A DNA stretch of 62,628 nt, counting the filler, from Corallochytrium limacisporum Hawaii (taxonomy: Eukaryota > Protista > Pluriformea): assembly GCA_002811645.1 (NCBI GenBank). It is 4 parts of 4 records of this genome, joined end to end, with 100 filler letters (N's around TTAATTAATTAA, not from the genome) between each part and the next. Parts side by side here need not be neighbours in the genome. Positions count along the whole stretch, not along the records: positions 1 to 26,419 come from PDIP01000032.1; 3 more parts are not named here. One strand, given 5' to 3'. The notes below the pieces were generated by a model that saw nothing but the letters and a program-made list of their open reading frames with translations, did no database searches and was not told the DNA's origin. Both the position numbers and the translations under genes were made by a program. Of the stretch, positions 9,470-20,231 are shown one piece after another; within the stretch, counting starts at the first letter, position 1, and the number at the start of each line of letters is the position of its first letter.

Positions 9470-12400
9470 CTAACGCCGGCTGTAACGATCCCGGTCATCG
9501 CGGCGATACTGGTCTCGATACCGATCGTCCCGGCGGCGGTCGTCCCGGCGGTCGTCCCTGCGGACATCACGTCGGTAGCCACCTCCACTATGGCGGTCCC
9601 GTTGCCGCTGGTTGTTGCCGTAGTGCTGTTGTTGCCTGCTACCATCGCCGTGATAGCTTCTGTGGCCCTGTTGAACATTCCTCTGCCAGGCGACGTTGCC
9701 GCCAGCACCATAGTGGTGTTGTTGTGGCCGTCCAGGAGGTGCTGGCGGAGGTGGCATGCCAGGAATGGAACCATGCGGCACCCCAGCAGCGTTGTACGCA
9801 TTCATTGGCGGTCCCGGGGGAGGTGGTGGTGGTCCACGGTGGTCGTTGTACCGCCCACCACCGCCGTAGCCGCCTCTCTGGTTCCGGTGGTACCTCTTGT
9901 CCCCGCGGTCGTTGCGGTAGTCCGCATTGTGGCCGCGGTACTGTCCACCATCCCGACGATCCCGATAGTTGTTACCGCCCTGGACTCGCATGAAGGACCG
10001 TTGCTGGCGCAGCTGTTGATCGTAGACATCACCAACGCAGCGCCACGGACGCGGGTCGGCCCGCTTGTCCCCGCGCATGCGGACGTTGAGATCGTGGTCG
10101 ACCAGGACTGGATCGGGCATGCGAGCGTTAGACAGGGGCTCGGACGGGAAGATATGCTCCGGTTTGTCAGCCATGGGCATGATGTACCGGCTGCTCACCA
10201 CCTGGACGTTGGGGACATCCTGCAGCTGCGGCATGGTGGGAATCGGCGAAGCGTAATTCATGCCCGGAGGCACCCCCTCATCGTCCGGTAGCAGAAACCC
10301 AAAGACTCCGACCGACTGGGTTTGGTCAATTGGAATCTCCTCCTCCACGTCCTTCTCATATAGCTCGCACAGCTGTTCAAATAGACCGTCTCGTTTGCCG
10401 ACTATCAGCACATCAATGTTGTTTCGGTTGCGCAAACGCTCACCCTTAGTCAGATCACCTGCAACCGATTTCAGCGCGGCTTTCAGACGGCCCTCGTCGA
10501 TAAAAGGTAGCAGAACCACCCCTTGCCAAGCGTGCTTCTTGCCGTTCAGGTCAACCGGAAAGTCCTCAGGATAATAGTCGAGGATGGGCGACTTGGGGTC
10601 GTACATGAGACGAGCCCAGCTCTCTGGCAACAGGTTCCTTCCGGACGCCGCAGGCATGACAGACATGAGCTGTTCCAAAGGAGTGAAAGGCTCAGTCTTC
10701 TCCGTGAAGGGTTTAATGTCAGTGATGCCGACCAAATCACTTGCAAATGGGGCATAATGGTACGGGAAGTACCATTTCCAGCTGCGACAACCTTGGTAGT
10801 AGTAGCCGAGAACCCAGGCTAGACCCTCCAGGTAATAGCGACCAATTTCTTTGCGGAAGTTCGAGTACTCTTCCTGATCGTCCACATTGACGTTGAACTT
10901 CAATTCATAGTAACGTTCTTTCGCACCAGCCTCGTGAAAGCGGACGTCATCCTTAATGTCATCGTCCTCTTCGGTCTTTGGTTTTTCATCTAGCTCTTCT
11001 GACTTACGCTTCTTACCAGCAAGTTGCGCATTCGAGTCGTGCATCAATTTCTCTTTGACCACATCGTCGGTTTGTTTCATGGCTTCATCAACGGAAGACT
11101 CAGCATCAGTCGTATCACTTCCGTCTTCATCGCCCTCTCCGAACACTGGCATGCCAGCAGCGTCAACCTCTTCCTTCTTGGGTGCCACGGACTCCACAGA
11201 AACTTCCATGCTGGTTGCTTCCTCTTTGACCGGTTCTGGTTTCTTGAAACCGTCAGTCTCCTCCTTGTTGACAGCAGTCCCATTTGGACCGTCGGTGGCA
11301 CTCCCTAGCAGTGACTTCTTCATTTCACGATCATGACGTGCGAGGGCACCTTCACGTGCCGCAAGGGCACTTTGCGGGGGCTTCGTGTCTTCCTGTTGAC
11401 CTCTTTGTTTAAGCTTTCCCAGCGCCTTGGCTGATGCTTCCAGGTCTTTCAAGCCTTCTTCATACCATTCACTACCTTTCTTGCGCCTCTTAGCATTGCG
11501 ATTGTCTTTGATCTTTGCATTCCTGCGCTGTTCATCATCGAAACGCTTCTTGAAGACACTATCCTCCAGGTCTCCCAGTTCCTTCAACATGGGCTGCATG
11601 GAAACCAGGTCCGGCCAGCCATCCTTGGTAATGAAGTCCTTCATCTCAGGTAAGTGCTTCTTGTACAGGTCAGCAAGAACGTCAATGGCACCTTCCCTAA
11701 TTTCAAGAGATGGCAAATGGGGCAGGAAATCGTTTCCAACAAAGAAACAGAAAAAGATCCAGTCATCTACGGCGCGTTCAACATTCCATTCAAACGGCAG
11801 TGCCCGCTCCGGTCTCAAGCCGACGTCCAGGTATTCTTTCAGCACATGCAGCACAACAAAGATGAATCCCTTATCGAATTTGTTCTTTTTGGTTCCACTA
11901 GGATACAAATTCTCATCCCGATCGTCATCCTGGTCCATTCCGTCGGGTAGGCCTTTACAATTCACAGCATCGTGACCTATTTGACCGCAGACAGCGCACG
12001 ACCTTGGCGCCCGTGGTCCCGAGATATCATCGCGCATAACGTAGAAGTACGGCTCGTGGGTACTCAGGCCCAGCATAATCAAATCGGCATCGGCTCCAAC
12101 GAGAACGTGCTTGGTCTGGGGATCGTAGGCTTTGGACACCCGCTGCCTGCGAATGAACTCCATGATCTTGTGCTCTCCCTCGCCAGGCACTGTAGCATCA
12201 CTCAGGATCACCTTCACCCCTTTCCAAGAAGGGTCATTGTGCAGGCGATCAACCGCATAGTAGCGAAGAGCATCACTTAGGCGTGCCATGAACTCTGTTC
12301 CAGGAGTAATGCAGTTACTGTCGAATTTATCACTCTCCTTTTTCGCGGGTAGTTTCCGACCCTGTTCAATTAATTCTTCCCGAATGGCATCAATTACGAG

Positions 12401-12775
12401 GCGGCTCTCCTCAGCCTCCTTCGCAGAGCGGAATCGACGACTGCGCTGCTGATTCATCTTGGCACGGGGTGCAACACCGTCAATCGCCATGTAGACTACC
12501 CGTCGAGGCCGAACAATCCGGAACAGCCGGTCCATATAATCAAAAATAGCAACAAACATTTCTGCCTCGTTGCTGGGTGCTGGCCTGTCCTCTGGATGCG
12601 TGCATGGATGGATGATGCCGTTCATATCTAGATACATGTTATCAAACTCTATTCCGTTCGGATTCCGCGACGCCGCATCCACCGGTCGTTCTGGGGTATG
12701 TTCATGTTCAACCGCTTTTGCCACAATCTTTGGGTATTTATTGGTCAACCAGCGGAAAAATGCCGGTACACCCAT
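9470..12775 (-). CDS. XRN2: 5'-3' exoribonuclease 2 (Rat1/XRN2)
   Basis: MGVPAFFRWL start; DNMYLDMNGIIHPC, DGVAPRAKMNQQRSRRF, PGEGEHKI; zinc knuckle CAVCGQIGHDAVNC; WYFPYHYAPFASD; low-complexity Pro/Gly/Arg/Asp tail. Confidence 0.97.
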   Translation of the reverse strand: MGVPAFFRWLTNKYPKIVAKAVEHEHTPERPVDAASRNPNGIEFDNMYLDMNGIIHPCTHPEDRPAPSNEAEMFVAIFDYMDRLFRIVRPRRVVYMAIDGVAPRAKMNQQRSRRFRSAKEAEESRLVIDAIREELIEQGRKLPAKKESDKFDSNCITPGTEFMARLSDALRYYAVDRLHNDPSWKGVKVILSDATVPGEGEHKIMEFIRRQRVSKAYDPQTKHVLVGADADLIMLGLSTHEPYFYVMRDDISGPRAPRSCAVCGQIGHDAVNCKGLPDGMDQDDDRDENLYPSGTKKNKFDKGFIFVVLHVLKEYLDVGLRPERALPFEWNVERAVDDWIFFCFFVGNDFLPHLPSLEIREGAIDVLADLYKKHLPEMKDFITKDGWPDLVSMQPMLKELGDLEDSVFKKRFDDEQRRNAKIKDNRNAKRRKKGSEWYEEGLKDLEASAKALGKLKQRGQQEDTKPPQSALAAREGALARHDREMKKSLLGSATDGPNGTAVNKEETDGFKKPEPVKEEATSMEVSVESVAPKKEEVDAAGMPVFGEGDEDGSDTTDAESSVDEAMKQTDDVVKEKLMHDSNAQLAGKKRKSEELDEKPKTEEDDDIKDDVRFHEAGAKERYYELKFNVNVDDQEEYSNFRKEIGRYYLEGLAWVLGYYYQGCRSWKWYFPYHYAPFASDLVGITDIKPFTEKTEPFTPLEQLMSVMPAASGRNLLPESWARLMYDPKSPILDYYPEDFPVDLNGKKHAWQGVVLLPFIDEGRLKAALKSVAGDLTKGERLRNRNNIDVLIVGKRDGLFEQLCELYEKDVEEEIPIDQTQSVGVFGFLLPDDEGVPPGMNYASPIPTMPQLQDVPNVQVVSSRYIMPMADKPEHIFPSEPLSNARMPDPVLVDHDLNVRMRGDKRADPRPWRCVGDVYDQQLRQQRSFMRVQGGNNYRDRRDGGQYRGHNADYRNDRGDKRYHRNQRGGYGGGGRYNDHRGPPPPPPGPPMNAYNAAGVPHGSIPGMPPPPAPPGRPQQHHYGAGGNVAWQRNVQQGHRSYHGDGSRQQQHYGNNQRQRDRHSGGGYRRDVRRDDRRDDRRRDDRYRDQYRRDDRDRYSRR

Positions 12776-13869
12776 TTTGAATAGGTATAGGTATCAAAGG
12801 CTACGAAATGAACAGCGCTATTTAAACCGTCAACCGTTTGCTCTCATGTTCTCAGCGATCTTTGTCGAGCTCGCGTTTATGGAACGATACAGTAAAATTG
12901 ATTGAATTATTACATTTATCATTGAAGTTGTCCACTTGGAATGCATGAAATACGCACAGGCTTGCCTTAAGTACTGCGGTGGTGTACCTTTCTTGGCACT
13001 CCCCCGGTTGCGGTGGGTCGCAGTCCCGATGGGCCTCTTCCTCACTCTCGGATAGCGCAGGTCCCGCCCAAAAGAATTTCCGGTCCTCATCACTCGCCCG
13101 ATCCCCCCCCCCCTCCTCGGTTTACCGTCCCAAACTGGTCTTGCTCCCCCATCCCTCTACTCCACCACCGCAAAACTCCCCCGTACGTTTCCCCCTTCCG
13201 CATCTCTGCACCAATTGTTGTGGAATAGAGAGCCCGGAATGAGAAAAAGCCACCGTGGTCCTTACCATGTGGGCGGGTACACCCTAGAGTATATTAAAAG
13301 ATTCCTCCTTGTATACTGTATTGATGGTAGTATATAATTTTACACGATGTCCGTATCAAATATTACGACTTGACGTCCCTTCGGCTCCAAATGCAATTTT
13401 GCAAATCAGCAAAGGGGAGGAGAGTTGCTGATGGTTTGGTTTCTCGGCCCCTTTGTTACTCACTAAGGATGGACCTTGTGTGCCAAGAATGTTCACAGAG
13501 CGGAGGTCACAAGGCATGTGCAGCCAGAAGCAGATAGAGAAGGGTAACAGGACTTTCAAACCACGCGCAATAAACTCTCCGCCCGGTTATATGTTTGTTC
13601 GACGGTCTATCGCTTTTCGCCCCAATCCGTGGTGGGCACTTTACTTGTCGCTGACAGATGCACACACCGCAGAGAGCCACCGCAGAAGCCACTGGTAGTG
13701 TGAGTGGATCCGTAGGCTGGGTGCTATGTACAAGTGCGCACTCTGATTGCATTGGTCGTACATGGTGCCCGAAAAGATATTAAAGGATGTAATGCGATCA
13801 GGATCTGGATAACTTCTAGGTTTTGGGTATTGGCGTTTTCATAGGTCACACAGACAAATAAAAAGCACC

Positions 13870-16005
13870 ATGGGTAAAGATAAGCACGAGGAAAGCAGCC
13901 GTCCACTGGAGCTGGATCCTCAGCCGGAGTTCATTGAGCACCGTCTAAAGCTCTGGGATCAATATATGAAGCAGCATGAGGAAGAGGTTGCCAAGAAGGC
14001 CGCTGAAAGGAGCCTCATTAAGATTCTGCTGCCCGACGGTACCGCCAAGGAGGGTATTGCATGGGAGACGACTCCGTACAAGGTAGCTGAGACGATCTCT
14101 AAGGGCTTGGCAGACAACTCTGTGATTTCAAAGGTTAATGGTGACCTGTGGGACCTGGACCGTCCTCTGGAAGATGACTGTAATCTGCAGCTCCTCAAGT
14201 TTGAGGACAAGGAAGCCCAGGCAGTGTTCTGGCATTCCAGCGCTCACGTTCTGGGTCAGTGCTTGGAGAAGCACTATGGTGGCAACCTTTGTTACGGTCC
14301 CCCTATTGAAGAAGGATTTTACTACGATATGTTCCTCGAGGGCGACTCGGTTTCTACTGCTGAGTTCAAGAATCTTGAGAAGCTTGCTTCCAAGGCAGTA
14401 AAGGAGAAGCAGAAGTTCGAGCGCCTGGAACTAACCAAGGAACAGTTGAAGGAAATGTTCAAGCATAACCAGTTCAAACATCGCATTCTGGATCAGAAGG
14501 TCACCACCCCGACCACAACTGTGTACCGGAACGGTCCACTCATTGATCTTTGCCGCGGACCGCATATCCGTCACACGGGCAAGATCAAAGCCATGACGGT
14601 CACCAAGACATCGAGTGCCTACTGGGAGGGCAAGGCCGAGGCCGAAAGCCTGCAGCGGGTGTATGGCATCAGTTTCCCGGACAATAAGCAGATGAAGATC
14701 TGGAAAACCATCCAGGAAGAAGCGGCCAAGCGTGACCACCGCAAGATAGGAAAGGAACAGGAGCTCTTCTTCTTCGACCCTGTATCCCCTGGATCATGTT
14801 TCTTCCTACAGCGTGGTGCGGTCATCTACAACCGTCTCGTTGAGTATATGCGCCAGGAATACCACAAACGCGGCTTCCAGGAGGTGGTAAGCCCCAATAT
14901 TTTCAATGTAAAACTGTGGGAGACTTCCGGTCACTGGCAACATTACTCGGAAAACATGTTCAGCTTCGAGGTAGAAGAAGAACAGTACGCTCTGAAGCCC
15001 ATGAACTGCCCGGGACACTGTGTGCTTTTCGGCCACCGCGTGCGGTCGTGGCGAGAGCTGCCTATGCGCGTCGCTGAATTTGGTGTGCTGCACCGAAATG
15101 AGCTCAGCGGTGCCCTCACCGGACTCACTCGTGTTCGTCGCTTCGTACAAGACGATGCTCACATCTTCTGCATGCCTTCGCAGATCCGTCAGGAGGTGTC
15201 GGGATGTCTAGACTTCCTGCAGGAGGCGTATTCTCGCTTTGGTTTCACGTTTACCCTGAAACTGTCCACCCGCCCAGACAAGTACCTTGGCACTGTAGAG
15301 CAGTGGCAAGCTGCGGAAGAGGAGTTGGGCAAGGCTCTAGACGACTTCACAAAGGACTGGGAGATGAACCCAGGCGATGGTGCGTTCTACGGACCAAAGA
15401 TCGACATTACCATCCAAGACGCTCTACGCCGCCAGCACCAATGTGCCACCATCCAGCTAGACTTCCAGCTACCCGAGCGCTTCAACCTAAGCTACGTCGG
15501 TAAGGATACTCAGGAGGGTGAGATCAACCGACCCGTAATCATTCATCGTGCCATTTTGGGAAGTGTGGAACGTATGATTGCTATTCTCACAGAGGCATGC
15601 GGCGGTAAGTGGCCCTTCTGGTTGTCACCGCGACAGGTCGCTCTTATTCCTGTCGGCACCAAGCACGAGGCTTTCTGCGACGAGATTGCCCAAAAGTTGC
15701 ACTCTGAAGGTATTATTGCTGAGGTCGACAAGAGTTCCGAGACCTTCAACAAGAAGGTGCGCAATAACCAGCTGGCCCAATTTAATTACATCTTGGTCAT
15801 CGGGGACAAGGAGGTAGAGCACAAGACGGCCAACGTGCGCACTCGTGACAACAAGGTACATGGTGAGAAGGCCGTTGATGAGATTATTGACCATTTCCGT
15901 CAGATCATCAAGGAGAAGGCTGGTGACGAGGTCTTCCTAGGTGTTGCCCGAGCCGCAGAGGCCGCCGCCGCAGAGGCCGATGCTGAGGAAGCAGCCGGGG
16001 CTTAA
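13870..16005 (+). CDS. TARS1: Threonyl-tRNA synthetase, cytosolic eukaryotic type
   Basis: TGS domain; [56 protein letters not shown]; C-terminal anticodon-binding domain. Confidence 0.98.
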   Translation: MGKDKHEESSRPLELDPQPEFIEHRLKLWDQYMKQHEEEVAKKAAERSLIKILLPDGTAKEGIAWETTPYKVAETISKGLADNSVISKVNGDLWDLDRPLEDDCNLQLLKFEDKEAQAVFWHSSAHVLGQCLEKHYGGNLCYGPPIEEGFYYDMFLEGDSVSTAEFKNLEKLASKAVKEKQKFERLELTKEQLKEMFKHNQFKHRILDQKVTTPTTTVYRNGPLIDLCRGPHIRHTGKIKAMTVTKTSSAYWEGKAEAESLQRVYGISFPDNKQMKIWKTIQEEAAKRDHRKIGKEQELFFFDPVSPGSCFFLQRGAVIYNRLVEYMRQEYHKRGFQEVVSPNIFNVKLWETSGHWQHYSENMFSFEVEEEQYALKPMNCPGHCVLFGHRVRSWRELPMRVAEFGVLHRNELSGALTGLTRVRRFVQDDAHIFCMPSQIRQEVSGCLDFLQEAYSRFGFTFTLKLSTRPDKYLGTVEQWQAAEEELGKALDDFTKDWEMNPGDGAFYGPKIDITIQDALRRQHQCATIQLDFQLPERFNLSYVGKDTQEGEINRPVIIHRAILGSVERMIAILTEACGGKWPFWLSPRQVALIPVGTKHEAFCDEIAQKLHSEGIIAEVDKSSETFNKKVRNNQLAQFNYILVIGDKEVEHKTANVRTRDNKVHGEKAVDEIIDHFRQIIKEKAGDEVFLGVARAAEAAAAEADAEEAAGA

Positions 16006-16139
16006 CTACATTTGTTGGTGATAAACCAAACAACAATTTTGCAACTGCAGCGAGAAAGGGAAGGAGACAATTATGTCTAGAATACATGGCAATATCGCCC
16101 CGCTTGATTGTTTCTTTATAATAGTTTACATGAGGGGTA

Positions 16140-19100
16140 CTAAAATCGAATCGTTAACTCCGGCCGAGCTTCAGTCTCGCCGCCGACGATCGTCTCCCGG
16201 ATAACTTGCTGCAGCGCACCAACGGAGTTAGCCAGGTGCGTTTGTGCCGTTCCATCAGTTTCGCGTTCCAGCGCGTATTGCAATGATCGCTTCAACTCTC
16301 CAATGGAGCCTGCTAGCATCTCTAACAAACGCTCCTTGAGTCCGGCAATCATTTCGTACAACACCAGGGCAGCTCCACGGCGGTCAAGGACGCTGCTCTG
16401 TTGCTGAATCATAGCCTGACACGCCCGGAAGACCTCTACGACGTACACATTCGCTCCGGTGCCGAGCACTGGCATCAGTGTTGCCAACAGAGACAGCGAC
16501 GTGGCCCTCCGTTCAGGTGCTTGCGCGGATCGACAGCCGCGCAGGGCAATGTTCATGAGCAGCGGTGCGTGCTGGTGTGCGAGCATGTCGCCGCGCAGGC
16601 GGCTCGCGCGGATGATGACATCACCAAGCTTAGCAAGTTGGCTGTACTTTCTGTCGTTCGAAGACTTGGAGAGGTCAATCTCTTCGTAACGTTTTGCACA
16701 GAGATTAAAGACGTCCTCGGGGTACACATCGCACAGATGCGCGAGGCCATCGATGGCTGCAAGGTAAAGGTAAGTATCCTGGTGCTGGACCTGAACCTGA
16801 AAGATCTTCACCAACAAATCTTTACGCTCATCCAACTCTTTCTTAATCTCTGGGGACCGCTTTGCCTTCTTTACGGCGTCGCGAAGCTGCAACACACCGG
16901 CACCGCGAACCGGAATCAGTGGGTCACGGATCAGGGTCATGATCTCTTCCCACGCAACCGCATTATCGGGTTCAGGGGATTGCTCCTCAATCTCGCCCAT
17001 GGCCTCTTCATCGCTGACCTGTGCACTCAATGTCTTTCCCGGTTTCTTGCTGTTTTGCACGGCCTGGAGACGACTCTGCATGTCAAGAATAAGGGTAATT
17101 AGAGGTGAATCTGGATCCTGCTCTGCTTCACGGCCGCGCACCTGGGAGAGTTTCTCCTGCAAATTGGTTAGAGTCCGTCCCATTGCAATCGATTGTAGGT
17201 CTTGGCCGATAAGCAGTTCCAATATGGCCAACGCTGGCTCCATCAGTTCATCGTTGGGAGTATCCAACATGATTAGTAAAACCTCCATCATTTCCGGTAC
17301 GCTATCAGTGTCCACCAAGCTATCGCCGACCTTTTCGAGGACCAGAAACAGTACACTTAACAATAGCTGCGGATCCTCAACAACGCTTGCAGTCTCGTTA
17401 TCCTGTGCACACATCTCCTCGAGACCGCTATTGTCCCGCCGATCCCCAAGCTTAACCTGAAGCTTCATAAGCTCAAGTAGAATTTGCATCTTGATTTTGC
17501 GATCGGTTAGGAACTCTACCGCAATTTCTGCCTCACGGAACACTTGAGCCGAGTCTGATTGCGAGACTGCTAAGATGACACCGCCATCATCGGCTGATGC
17601 AAAATCGATGTTGAAATGGTGGCCAGGTCTGACGTGTGTCGTTCCAATGTCTTGCAATTGCATGTTATCTAGGACATATCCACTACCCAGTGAATAGTGG
17701 GACGCCCGACCTATAACAAACGCCTTGATCAGTCCTACAGCTTCATCAACGGAAACCAATGCCAGGTAATCTTTGACAATATGCCGGGTTGGCTCGGGGT
17801 ACATGTTCTTGCGTGGTTTGGAAAAGCAATAGAGCTTGAACAGGACGGGCATGTACTCTCGTAAGTGTCCCGCGATGGACTGCCTTCCGTTATCCACATA
17901 ATCATCTGCGTCCTTGGGGCAGAGCAAGTGTGAGATTGCCTCGACGGACTGCTGAATATCCGCTTCCTGCACCAATGCGTCATTGCTATACGCATTTCCT
18001 CGGCGGTATTCCTCCAGAGCCACAAAAAATGGATCATAACACTTCACCAGAGGGCGGAGTACAAAGGTCCTAAACACAGTGGGCATATGCTTGGCCACCC
18101 ACGCACAGATTACTTGCGCAATTCTTTGATGGACAACGTTTCGTCCAACCAGCATGCTGACGCACTGATTACAGATATTGCGCCAGAATTCTGTCGGCTC
18201 GTCCTCGGGTGGGGCTGTTGTTCTGGCGTCCTCAGATCTGCTGGTGTCACAAACTAGCTGCAGCAGCCTTGTCACCCGTTCTGACTGGAATTGCTCTGTG
18301 CTTGGTACCACCGAGTCCGTCAAGGCCCGGAGACCATCCTTTTTCTGTAGCAGCGCGTCTAAATGCGCACTCACATCAGCCCTCCAGAAGTTTTGATTAG
18401 TCTCACGGGGAACTGTCTCTGTGATTGCACGGATTCGCACCATTGCTGGCAGTGCAATGCTAGGATGGAATATGTGACAGAGGTGATAAGTGGCGTCCAA
18501 CGGGCAGCTCGTTGGCCAGCCCCGTGCCTTCTGCAGCTTCTGGTCATCCACTAGAAGAGCCCACATTAACAGCTGCACAACACGCTCGGGAGCCACTAGA
18601 CTGCTGAGATAGAAATCACTTCGTAGGGCCTCTAACACGTAGTCAAAGATCGACGCCTCTGATTCGTCGAACATTCCTGTATACACTGCGTGCACAGTAC
18701 CGTAATTAGCATTTGGACGTGTATATGAATTCACTGCTTCCAAGGTCCAACTCGGAAACAAATTCTTCTGCTTTGATAGCACTGACATGATGTCTGTGCC
18801 CCGACCCTCCGGCTGTGGGAGCAACAGAAACGGCAAAACACCACCAAGCAGGACCAGATCCAGAGCCTGCACGAGCGTTTTGCGGCTGTTCACAGAGAAA
18901 AGGTCTTCGTTGCTCCGTCTTAATGCACTGACAGTTATTGCCAGTATCCGTCCGACGCACACAATCTTTGTTACAATTGATTCTGTCACTGACTCGTCGC
19001 ACAATTCGCGAAGCTTCTCTACTGCTGATGCAAACGGGCCATATTCATGAGACATGCTGCCTGCTTCCGGCAAGCTATCGCACCAGTCCGTCACCTGTGT

Positions 19101-19217
19101 AATTAAGTGCTCCCAAGCTCTTTCAGTGGGACTGTCAAGACAGTTGGCCATCGGAGCCAGGATCTGCAACACCAGGTCCTCGGGCCACTTGGGTGGTGGT
19201 GGCACTCTACCCGCCAT
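16140..19217 (-). CDS. TANGO6: TANGO6/Rtp1-like HEAT/ARM protein (RNA polymerase II assembly/import factor)
   Basis: 1025-aa helical protein with C-terminal DPLIPVRGAG, DTYLYLAAIDGLA, RATSLSLLA and RRGAA motifs characteristic of RTP1_C1/C2. Confidence 0.8.
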   Translation of the reverse strand: MAGRVPPPPKWPEDLVLQILAPMANCLDSPTERAWEHLITQVTDWCDSLPEAGSMSHEYGPFASAVEKLRELCDESVTESIVTKIVCVGRILAITVSALRRSNEDLFSVNSRKTLVQALDLVLLGGVLPFLLLPQPEGRGTDIMSVLSKQKNLFPSWTLEAVNSYTRPNANYGTVHAVYTGMFDESEASIFDYVLEALRSDFYLSSLVAPERVVQLLMWALLVDDQKLQKARGWPTSCPLDATYHLCHIFHPSIALPAMVRIRAITETVPRETNQNFWRADVSAHLDALLQKKDGLRALTDSVVPSTEQFQSERVTRLLQLVCDTSRSEDARTTAPPEDEPTEFWRNICNQCVSMLVGRNVVHQRIAQVICAWVAKHMPTVFRTFVLRPLVKCYDPFFVALEEYRRGNAYSNDALVQEADIQQSVEAISHLLCPKDADDYVDNGRQSIAGHLREYMPVLFKLYCFSKPRKNMYPEPTRHIVKDYLALVSVDEAVGLIKAFVIGRASHYSLGSGYVLDNMQLQDIGTTHVRPGHHFNIDFASADDGGVILAVSQSDSAQVFREAEIAVEFLTDRKIKMQILLELMKLQVKLGDRRDNSGLEEMCAQDNETASVVEDPQLLLSVLFLVLEKVGDSLVDTDSVPEMMEVLLIMLDTPNDELMEPALAILELLIGQDLQSIAMGRTLTNLQEKLSQVRGREAEQDPDSPLITLILDMQSRLQAVQNSKKPGKTLSAQVSDEEAMGEIEEQSPEPDNAVAWEEIMTLIRDPLIPVRGAGVLQLRDAVKKAKRSPEIKKELDERKDLLVKIFQVQVQHQDTYLYLAAIDGLAHLCDVYPEDVFNLCAKRYEEIDLSKSSNDRKYSQLAKLGDVIIRASRLRGDMLAHQHAPLLMNIALRGCRSAQAPERRATSLSLLATLMPVLGTGANVYVVEVFRACQAMIQQQSSVLDRRGAALVLYEMIAGLKERLLEMLAGSIGELKRSLQYALERETDGTAQTHLANSVGALQQVIRETIVGGETEARPELTIRF

Positions 19218-20231
19218 CTTTTACTCACCCACATTCGGCAAAACAACCAGATTTTCTTTACAATCAACCCATTTTCACTATGTATACATGTAATTGCTTT
19301 ATTCTAATGAGATCATTTTGTTGAGACCAGGTACCTTCTCGAAGTAGCCTACACACATGCAGCTCTGCTCGGTTCACTCTGCGTGGCCATCTCAGCCGCG
19401 ACCCGTCCCCGCCCTCCCGAACCCTCCGCTGTCGCGCGGTCCTCCTCTACCACCGCCCACGGTCAAAAGTTGGACAGATAGGAAAATAGACCCCTGCACG
19501 GACCCGCCCCGGCAATATGCCACCGTACGGTCGGGTGGGACCGTTGTCCCCCTCCGGTTTCCACTCTCTCCCCGCCCGCCGAGGCCTCCCGCGCTGCGGG
19601 CCACCCTCCCAGCTCCGCGCCTTTCAGTCCGAAGGTCAAAGGGGGAAGCAAGGGACCGAGGGAATTGAAAGAGAACCTTCGCTTGGGGGAGAGATTCCGG
19701 AACAAACACTAGCACCTGTGCACTGTCGGGTACTGAGCACGAAATACACCAAAGGCAGGCCCCTCCCAACCCCTCCTCCTCGGACCCGTGCCCCTGGGAA
19801 AGGGGTGCCACGGTACAGCATTTTGCCACCGCGGAGCGAGGGGAACTGGTAGGGGGGAGGAAGGAAGGAGGGATATACCACCACCCGAAGCTGGGGGCAG
19901 GACCGGGACCCGGGGTGTAGGGATCGCTACGTACCGGCACCGGCTGGGGAGGTAGGGTCGTCCGTGGTACAGTCACTTCCTTCGCATCAAATTGTGGCTG
20001 CCGTCTATCTCTTTCGAAAACTGTTCGTGTGCGTACATATTGGAACCTGGGACTGCAGGTACGTAAGGGCATAGAGACCCAAGAGCTGTAGAAGCCATAT
20101 GGTTTGGGTTTAGGGATTATCCAGAGATCCCAGCACCCCGTATACTCTGACCGAAGTCGGTAGTCATGAACGGCAGATTGATGATGCAAGCAGAACGTAC
20201 AGGGAGCTCTTGAATTTATGCATCGTGCGCA

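Noticed and set aside
9359-10291. 310-aa plus-strand ORF rich in Val/Ala/Pro
   Set aside because: Antisense shadow of the low-complexity XRN2 C-terminus. The same applies to the many antisense or alternate-frame ORFs inside other genes.
13441-13470. TTCTCGGCCCCTTTG...CTAAGGAT, faintly like the U2 snRNA 5' end
   Set aside because: Lacks the GTAGTA branch-pairing sequence and an Sm site. No tRNA, rRNA or snRNA gene could be supported anywhere in the window.
19392-20189. 265-aa minus-strand ORF between TANGO6 and PLD (similarly 37508-38161)
   Set aside because: GC-rich divergent promoter DNA depleted of stop codons; no protein-like motif.
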